A stretch of 64,000 nt of DNA from Eledone cirrhosa (Eukaryota), in the NCBI GenBank assembly GCA_964016885.1, contig OZ024743.1, forward strand, positions 354,392,001 through 354,456,000, read 5' to 3'. The notes beneath the pieces are model-generated. The model was not told the DNA's origin and did no database searches. It worked only from the letters and a program-made list of their open reading frames with translations. The translations under genes were made by a program, and so were the position numbers. Position 1 is the first letter of the stretch, and each line of letters opens with the position of its first letter. Positions 52,501 through 61,699 of this stretch are shown here, piece by piece.

Positions 52501-55500
52501 TGGTAATGGTGATGCTGATGATTGTCTTCATGCTGGTTGTTGTTGGTGGTAGAGATTGAGGTTTTTGTGATTCTGGTAATGGTGATGCTGATGATTGTCC
52601 TCATGCTGGTTGTTGTTGGTGGTAGAGATTGAGGTTTTTGTGATTCTGGTAATGGTGATGCTGATGATTGTCCTCATGCTGGTTGTTGCTGGTGGTAGAG
52701 ATTGAGGTTTTTGTGATTCTGGTAATGGTGATGCTGATGATTGTCCTCATGCTGGTTGTTGTTGGTGGTAGAGATTGAGGTTTTTGTAATTCTGGTAATG
52801 GTGATGCTGATGATTGTCTTCATGCTGGTTGTTTTGGTGGTAGAGATTGAGGTTTTTGTGATTCTGGTAATGGTGATGCTGATGATTGTCCTCATGCTGG
52901 TTGTTGTTGGTGGTAGAGATTGAGGTTTTTGTGATCCTGGTAATGGTGATGCTGATGACTGTCCTCATGCTGGTTGTTGTTGGTGGTAGAGATTGAGGTT
53001 TTTGTGATTATGGTAATGGTGATGCTGATGATTGTCTTCATGCTGGTTGTTGTTGGTGGTAGAGATTGAGGTTTTTGTGATTCTGGTAATGGTGATGCTG
53101 ATGATTGTCTTCATGCTGGTTGTTGTTGGTGGTAGAGATTGAGGTTTTTGTGATTCTGGTAATGGTGATGCTGATGATTGTCTTCATGCTGGTTGTTGTT
53201 GGTGGTAGAGATTGAGGTTTTTGTGATTCTGGTAATGGTGATGCTGATGATTGTCCTCATGCTGGTTGTTGTTGGTGGTAGAGATTGAGGTTTTTGTGAT
53301 TCTGGTAATGGTGATGCTGATGATTGTCTTCATGCTGGTTGTTGTTGGTGGTAGAGATTGAGGTTTTTGTGATTCTGGTAATGGTGATGCTGATGATTGT
53401 CCTCATGCTGGTTGTTGTTGGTGGTAGAGATTGAGGTTTTTGTGATTCTGGTAATGGTGATGCTGATGATTGTCCTCATGCTGGTTGTTGTTGGTGGTAG
53501 AGATTGAGGTTTTTGTAATTCTGGTAATTGTGATGCTGATGATTGTCCTCATGCTGGTTGTTGTTGGTGGTAGAGATTGAGGTTTTTGTGATTCTGGTAA
53601 TGGTGATGCTGATGATTGTCCTCATGCTGGTTGTTGTTAGTGGTAGAGATTGAGGTTTTTGTGATTCTGGTAATGGTGATGCTGATGATTGTCCTTATGC
53701 TGGTTGTTGTTGGTGGTAGAGATTGAGGTTTTTGTGATTCTGGTAATGGTGATGCCGATGAATGTCCTCATGATGGTTGTTGTTGGTGGTAGAGATTGAG
53801 GTTTTTGTGATTCTGGTAATGGTGATGCCGATGAATGTCTTCATGTTGGTTGTTGTTGGTGGTAGAGATTGAGGTTTTTGTGATTCTGGTAATGGTGATG
53901 CTGATGATTGTCCTCATGCTGGTTGTTGTTGGTGGTAGAGATTGAGGTTTTTGTGATTCTGCTAATGGTGATGCTGATGATTGTCTTCATGCTGGTTGTT
54001 GTTGGTGGTAGAGATTGAGGTTTTTGTGATTCTGGTAATGGTGATGCTGATGATTGTCCTCATGCTGGTTGTTGTTAGTGGTAGAGATTGAGGTTTTTGT
54101 GATTCTGGTAATGGTGATGCTGATGATTGTCCTCATGCTGGTTGTTGCTGGTGGTAGGGATTGAGGTTTTTGTGATTCTGGTAATGGTGATGCTGATGAT
54201 TGTCCTCATGCTGGTTGTTGTTAGTGGTAGAGATTGAGGTTTTTGTGATTCTGGTAATGGTGATGCTGATGATTGTCCTCATGCTGGTTGTTGTTAGTGG
54301 TAGAGATTGAGGTTTTGTGATTCTGGTAATGGTGATGCTGATGATTGTCCTCATGCTGGTTGTTGTTAGTGTTAGAGATTGAGGTTTTTGTGATTCTGGT
54401 AATGGTGATTCTGATGATTGTCCTCATGCTGGTTGTTGTTAGTGGTAGAGATTGAGGTTTTTGTGATTCTGGTAATGGTGATGCTGATGATTGTCCTCAT
54501 GCTGGTTGTTGTTGGTGGTAGTGATTGAGGTTTTTGTGATTCTGGTAATGGTGATGCTGATGATTGTCCTCATGCTGATTGTTCTTGGTGGTTGAGATTG
54601 AGGTTTTTGTGATTCTGGTAATGGTGATGCTGATGATTGTCCTCATGCTGGTTGTTGTTGGTGGTAGAGATTGAGGTTTTTGTGATTCTGGTAATGGTGA
54701 TGCTGATGATTGTCCTCATGCTGGTTGTTGCTGGTGGTAGGGATTGAGGTTTTTGTGATTCTGGTAATGGTGATGCTGATGATTGTCCTCATGCTGGTTG
54801 TTGTTGGTGGTAGTGATTGAGGTTTTTGTGATTCTGGTAATGGTGATGCTGATGATTGTCCTCATGCTGATTGTTCTTGGTGGTTGAGATTGAGGTTTTT
54901 GTGATTCTGTTAATGGTGATGCTGATGATTGTCCTCATGCTGGTTGTTGTTGGTGGTAGAGATTGAGGTTTTTGTAATTCTGGTAATGGTGATGCTGATG
55001 ATTGTCCTCATGCTGGTTGTTGGTGGTGGTAGAGATTGAGGTTTTTGTGATTCTGGTAATGGTGATGCTGATGATTGTCCTCATGCTGGTTGTTGTTGGT
55101 GGTAGAGATTGAGGTTTTTGTGATTCTGGTAATGGTGATGCTGATGATTGTCCTCATGCTGGTTGTTGCTGGTGGTAGAGATTGAGGTTTTTGTGATTCT
55201 GGTAATGGTGATGCTGATGATTGTCCTCATGCTGGTTGTTGTTGGTGGTAGAGATTGAGGTTTTTGTAATTCTGGTAATGGTGATGCTGATGATTGTCTT
55301 CATGCTGGTTGTTTTGGTGGTAGAGATTGAGGTTTTTGTGATTCTGGTAATGGTGATGCTGATGATTGTCCTCATGCTGGTTGTTGTTGGTGGTAGAGAT
55401 TGAGGTTTTTGTGATCCTGGTAATGGTGATGCTGATGACTGTCCTCATGCTGGTTGTTGTTGGTGGTAGAGATTGAGGTTTTTGTGATTATGGTAATGAT

Positions 55501-58500
55501 GATGCTGATGATTGTCCTCATGCTGGTTGTTGTTGGTGGTAGAGATTGAGGTTTTTGTGATTCTGGTAATGGTGATGCTGATGATTGTCTTCATGCTGGT
55601 TGTTGTTGGTGGTAGAGATTGAGGTTTTTGTGATTCTGGTAATGGTGATGCTGATGATTGTCCTCATGCTGGTTGTTGTTGGTGGTAGAGATTGAGGTTT
55701 TTGTGATTCTGGTAATGGTGATGCTGATGATTGTCTTCATGCTGGTTGTTGTTGGTGGTAGAGATTGAGGTTTTTGTGATTCTGGTAATGGTGATGCTGA
55801 TGATTGTCCTCATGCTGGTTGTTGTTGGTGGTAGAGATTGAGGTTTTTGTGATTCTGGTAATGGTGATGCTGATGATTGTCCTCATGCTGGTTGTTGTTG
55901 GTGGTAGAGATTGAGGTTTTTGTAATTCTGGTAATTGTGATGCTGATGATTGTCCTCATGCTGGTTGTTGTTGGTGGTAGAGATTGAGGTTTTTGTGATT
56001 CTGGTAATGGTGATGCTGATGATTGTCCTCATGCTGGTTGTTGTTAGTGGTAGAGATTGAGGTTTTTGTGATTCTGGTAATGGTGATGCTGATGATTGTC
56101 CTTATGCTGGTTGTTGTTGGTGGTAGAGATTGAGGTTTTTGTGATTCTGGTAATGGTGATGCCGATGAATGTCCTCATGATGGTTGTTGTTGGTGGTAGA
56201 GATTGAGGTTTTTGTGATTCTGGTAATGGTGATGCCGATGAATGTCTTCATGTTGGTTGTTGTTGGTGGTAGAGATTGAGGTTTTTGTGATTCTGGTAAT
56301 GGTGATGCTGATGATTGTCCTCATGCTGGTTGTTGTTGGTGGTAGAGATTGAGGTTTTTGTGATTCTGCTAATGGTGATGCTGATGATTGTCTTCATGCT
56401 GGTTGTTGTTGGTGGTAGAGATTGAGGTTTTTGTGATTCTGGTAATGGTGATGCTGATGATTGTCCTCATGCTGGTTGTTGTTAGTGGTAGAGATTGAGG
56501 TTTTTGTGATTCTGGTAATGGTGATGCTGATGATTGTCCTCATGCTGGTTGTTGCTGGTGGTAGGGATTGAGGTTTTTGTGATTCTGGTAATGGTGATGC
56601 TGATGATTGTCCTCATGCTGGTTGTTGTTAGTGGTAGAGATTGAGGTTTTTGTGATTCTGGTAATGGTGATGCTGATGATTGTCCTCATGCTGGTTGTTG
56701 TTAGTGGTAGAGATTGAGGTTTTGTGATTCTGGTAATGGTGATGCTGATGATTGTCCTCATGCTGGTTGTTGTTAGTGTTAGAGATTGAGGTTTTTGTGA
56801 TTCTGGTAATGGTGATTCTGATGATTGTCCTCATGCTGGTTGTTGTTAGTGGTAGAGATTGAGGTTTTTGTGATTCTGGTAATGGTGATGCTGATGATTG
56901 TCCTCATGCTGGTTGTTGTTGGTGGTAGTGATTGAGGTTTTTGTGATTCTGGTAATGGTGATGCTGATGATTGTCCTCATGCTGATTGTTCTTGGTGGTT
57001 GAGATTGAGGTTTTTGTGATTCTGGTAATGGTGATGCTGATGATTGTCCTCATGCTGGTTGTTGTTGGTGGTAGAGATTGAGGTTTTTGTGATTCTGGTA
57101 ATGGTGATGCTGATGATTGTCCTCATGCTGGTTGTTGCTGGTGGTAGGGATTGAGGTTTTTGTGATTCTGGTAATGGTGATGCTGATGATTGTCCTCATG
57201 CTGGTTGTTGTTGGTGGTAGTGATTGAGGTTTTTGTGATTCTGGTAATGGTGATGCTGATGATTGTCCTCATGCTGATTGTTCTTGGTGGTTGAGATTGA
57301 GGTTTTTGTGATTCTGTTAATGGTGATGCTGATGATTGTCCTCATGCTGGTTGTTGTTGGTGGTAGAGATTGAGGTTTTTGTAATTCTGGTAATGGTGAT
57401 GCTGATGATTGTCCTTATGCTGGTTGTTGTTGGTGGTAGAGATTGAGGTTTTTGTGATTCTGGTAATGGTGATGCCGATGAATGTCCTCATGATGGTTGT
57501 TGTTGGTGGTAGAGATTGAGGTTTTTGTGATTCTGGTAATGGTGATGCCGATGAATGTCTTCATGTTGGTTGTTGTTGGTGGTAGAGATTGAGGTTTTTG
57601 TGATTCTGGTAATGGTGATGCTGATGATTGTCCTCATGCTGGTTGTTGTTGGTGGTAGAGATTGAGGTTTTTGTGATTCTGCTAATGGTGATGCTGATGA
57701 TTGTCTTCATGCTGGTTGTTGTTGGTGGTAGAGATTGAGGTTTTTGTGATTCTGGTAATGGTGATGCTGATGATTGTCCTCATGCTGGTTGTTGTTAGTG
57801 GTAGAGATTGAGGTTTTTGTGATTCTGGTAATGGTGATGCTGATGATTGTCCTCATGCTGGTTGTTGCTGGTGGTAGGGATTGAGGTTTTTGTGATTCTG
57901 GTAATGGTGATGCTGATGATTGTCCTCATGCTGGTTGTTGTTAGTGGTAGAGATTGAGGTTTTTGTGATTCTGGTAATGGTGATGCTGATGATTGTCCTC
58001 ATGCTGGTTGTTGTTAGTGGTAGAGATTGAGGTTTTGTGATTCTGGTAATGGTGATGCTGATGATTGTCCTCATGCTGGTTGTTGTTAGTGTTAGAGATT
58101 GAGGTTTTTGTGATTCTGGTAATGGTGATTCTGATGATTGTCCTCATGCTGGTTGTTGTTAGTGGTAGAGATTGAGGTTTTTGTGATTCTGGTAATGGTG
58201 ATGCTGATGATTGTCCTCATGCTGGTTGTTGTTGGTGGTAGTGATTGAGGTTTTTGTGATTCTGGTAATGGTGATGCTGATGATTGTCCTCATGCTGATT
58301 GTTCTTGGTGGTTGAGATTGATGTTTTTGTGATTCTGGTAATGGTGATGCTGATGATTGTCCTCATGCTGGTTGTTGTTGGTGGTAGAGATTGAGGTTTT
58401 TGTGATTCTGGTAATGGTGATGCTGATGATTGTCCTCATGCTGGTTGTTGCTGGTGGTAGGGATTGAGGTTTTTGTGATTCTGGTAATGGTGATGCTGAT

Positions 58501-59000
58501 GATTGTCCTCATGCTGGTTGTTGTTGGTGGTAGTGATTGAGGTTTTTGTGATTCTGGTAATGGTGATGCTGATGATTGTCCTCATGCTGATTGTTCTTGG
58601 TGGTTGAGATTGAGGTTTTTGTGATTCTGTTAATGGTGATGCTGATGATTGTCCTCATGCTGGTTGTTGTTGGTGGTAGAGATTGAGGTTTTTGTAATTC
58701 TGGTAATGGTGATGCTGATGATTGTCCTCATGCTGGTTGTTGGTGGTGGTAGAGATTGAGGTTTTTGTGATTCTGGTAATGGTGATGCTGATGATTGTCC
58801 TCATGCTGGTTGTTGTTGGTGGTAGAGATTGAGGTTTTTGTGATTCTTGTAATGGTGATGCGGATGATTGTCCTCATGCTGGTTGTTGTTGGTGGTAGAG
58901 ATTGAGGTTTTTGTGATCCTGGTAATGGTGATGCTGATGATTGTCCTCATGCTGGTTGTTGTTGGTGGTAGAGATTGAGGTTTTTGTGATTCTGGTAATG
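46500..59000. repeat. Satellite domain C, amplified: irregular higher-order repeat of about 33-37 monomers, 4-5 copies
   Basis: The GTTGTTTTGG 72-mer marker underlies ORFs at 46621, 49320, 52674 and 55154. The GAGGTTTTG/TTAGTGTTAG/GGTGATTCTG marker set underlies ORFs at 48372, 50779, 54133, 56540 and 57853. Confidence 0.85.
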
Positions 59001-61300
59001 GTGATGCTGATGATTGTCTTCATGCTGGTTGTTGTTGGTGGTAGAGATTGAGGTTTTTGGGATCCTGGTAATGGTGATGCTGATGATTGTCCTCATGCTG
59101 GTGTTGTTGGTGGTAGAGATTGAGGTTTTTGTGATTCTGGTAATGGTGAATCTGATGATTGTCTTCATTCTGGTTGTTGTTGGTGATAGAGATTGAGGTT
59201 TTTGTGATTCTGGTAATGGTGATGCTGATGATTGTCTTCATGCTGGTTGTTGTTGGTGATAGAGATTGAGGTTTTTGTGATTCTGGTAATGGTGATGCTG
59301 ATCATTGTTTTCATGCTGGTTGATGTTGGTGGTAGAGATTGAGGTTTTTGGAATTCTGGTAATGGTGATGCTGATGATTGTCTTCATGCTGGTTGTTGCT
59401 GGTGGTAGAGATTGAGTTTTTTGTGATTCTTGTAATGGTGATGCTGATGATTGTCCTCATGCTGGTAGTTGTTGGTGGTAGAGATTGAGGTTTTTGGGTT
59501 TCTGGTAATGGTGATGCTGATGATTGTCTTCATGCTGGTTGTTGTTGGTGGTAGAGATTGAGGTTTTTGTGATTCTGGTAATGGTGATGCTGATGATTGT
59601 CCTCATGCTGGTTGTTGTTGGTGGTAGAGATTGAGGTATCTGTGATTCTGGTAATGGTGATGCTGATGATTGTCCTCATGCTGGTTGTTGTTGGTGGTAG
59701 AGATTGAGGTTTTTTTGATCCTGGTAATGGTGAATCTGATGATTGTCTTCATGCTGGTTGTTGTTGGTGATAGAGATTGAGGTCTCTGTGATTCTGGTAA
59801 TGGTGATGCTGATGATTGTCTTCATGCTGGTTGTTGTTGGTGATAGAGATTGAGGTTTTTGTGATTCTGGTAATGGTGATGCTGATGATTGTCTTTATGC
59901 TGGTTGTTGTTGGTGGTAGAGATTGAGGTTTTTGTGATTCTGGTAATGGTGATGCTGATGATTGTCCTCATGCTGGTTGTTGTTGGTGGTAGAGATTGAG
60001 GTTTTTGTGATTCTGGTAATGGTGATGCTGATGATTGTCCTCATGCTGGTGTTGCTGGTGGTAGAGATTGAGGTTTTTGTGATTCTGGTAATGGTGAATC
60101 TGATGATTGTCTTCATGCTGGTTGTTGTTGGTGATAGAGATTGAGGTCTCTGTGATTCTGGTAATGGTGATGCTGATGATTGTCTTCATGCTGGTTGTTG
60201 TTGGTGATAGAGATTGAGGTTTTTGTAATTCTGGTAATGGTGATGCTGATGATTGTCCTCATGCTGGTTGTTGTTGGTGGTAGAGATTGAGGTTTTTGTG
60301 ATTCTGGTAATGGTGATGCTGATGATTGTCCCCATGCTGGTTGTTGTTGGTGGTAGAGATTGAGGTTTTTGTGATTCTGGTAATGGTGATGCTGATGATT
60401 GTCTTAATGCTGGTGTTGTTGGTGGTAGAGATTGAGGTTTTTGTGTTTCTGGTAATGGTGATGCTGATGATTGTCTTCATGCTGGTTGTCATTGGTGGTA
60501 GAGATTGACGTTTTTGTTATTCTGGTAATGGTGATGCTGATGATTGTCTTCATGCTGGTTGTTGTTGGTGGTAGAGATTGAGGTTTTTGTGATTCTGGTA
60601 ATGGTGATGCTGATGATTGTCCTCATGCTGGTTGTTGTTGGTGGTAGAGATTGAGGTATCTGTGATTCTGGTAATGGTGATGCTGATGATTGTCTTCATG
60701 CTGGTTGTTGTTGGTGGTAGAGATTGAGGTTTTTGTGATTCTGGTAATGGTGATGCTGATGATTGTCCTCATGCTGGTTGTTGTTGGTGGTAGAGATTGA
60801 GGTTTTTGTGATTCTGGTAATGGTGATGCTGATGATTGTCCTCATGCTGGTTGTTGTTGGTGGTAGAGATTGAGGTTTTTGTGATCCTGGTAATGGTGAT
60901 GCTGATGATTGTCCTCATGCTGGTTGTTGTTGGTGGTAGAGATTGAGGTTTTTGTGATTATGGTAATGGTGATGCTGATGATTGTCTTCATGCTGGTTGT
61001 TGTTGGTGGTAGAGATTGAGGTTTTTGTGATTCTGGTAATGGTGATGCTGATGATTGTCTTCATGCTGGTTGTTGTTGGTGGTAGAGATTGAGGTTTTTG
61101 TGATCCTGGTAATGGTGATGCTGATGATTGTCCTCATGCTGGTTGTTGTTGGTGGTAGAGATTGAGGTTTTTGTGATTCTGGTAATGGTGATGCTGATGA
61201 TTGTCCTCATGCTGGTTGTTGTTGGTGGTAGAGATTGAGGTTTTTGTGATCCTGGTAATGGTGATGCTGATGATTGTCCTCATGCTGGTTGTTGTTGGTG
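59000..61300. repeat. Mosaic of B- and C-type cassettes
   Basis: 59014 matches the 44429 cassette. 59895 and 60259 match 51873 and 52237 at offset 8022 = 110x73 - 8. Confidence 0.75.
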
Positions 61301-61699
61301 GTAGAAATTGAGGTTTTTGTGATTCTGGTAATGGTGATGCTGATGATTGTCTTCATGCTGGTTGTTGTTGGTGGTAGAGATTGAGGTTTTTGTGATTCTG
61401 GTAATGGTGATGCTGATGATTGTCCTGGTTGTTGTTGGTGGTAGAGATTGAGGTTTTTGTGATCCTGGTAATGGTGATGCTGATGATTGTCCTCATGCTG
61501 GTTGTTGTTGGTGGTAGAGATTGAGGTTTTTGTGATTCCTGGTAATGGTGATGCTGATGATTGTCTTCATGCTGGTTGTTGTTGGTGGTAGAGATTGAGG
61601 TTTTTGTGATTCTGGTAATGGTGATGCTGATGATTGTCTTCATGCTGGTTGTTGTTGGTGGTAGAGATTGAGGTTTTTGTGATTCTGGTAATGGTGATG

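Noticed and set aside
1290-60340. Selection to remove the minus-strand stop (CCTCGTG, CCTCTTG, CCTCCTG, CCCCATG, CTTGATG variants)
   Set aside because: These are rare and highlighted by ORF-track ascertainment. Stop-retaining or stop-creating variants (CTTTATG, CCTTATG, GTTAGT, GTCATT) are at least as common.
160-61480. GATCCTGG variant as overlapping Dam (GATC) and Dcm (CCWGG) sites with a regulatory role
   Set aside because: Nothing indicates a bacterial source. A single C/T change creates both motifs by chance, and the variable C is not the one Dcm methylates.
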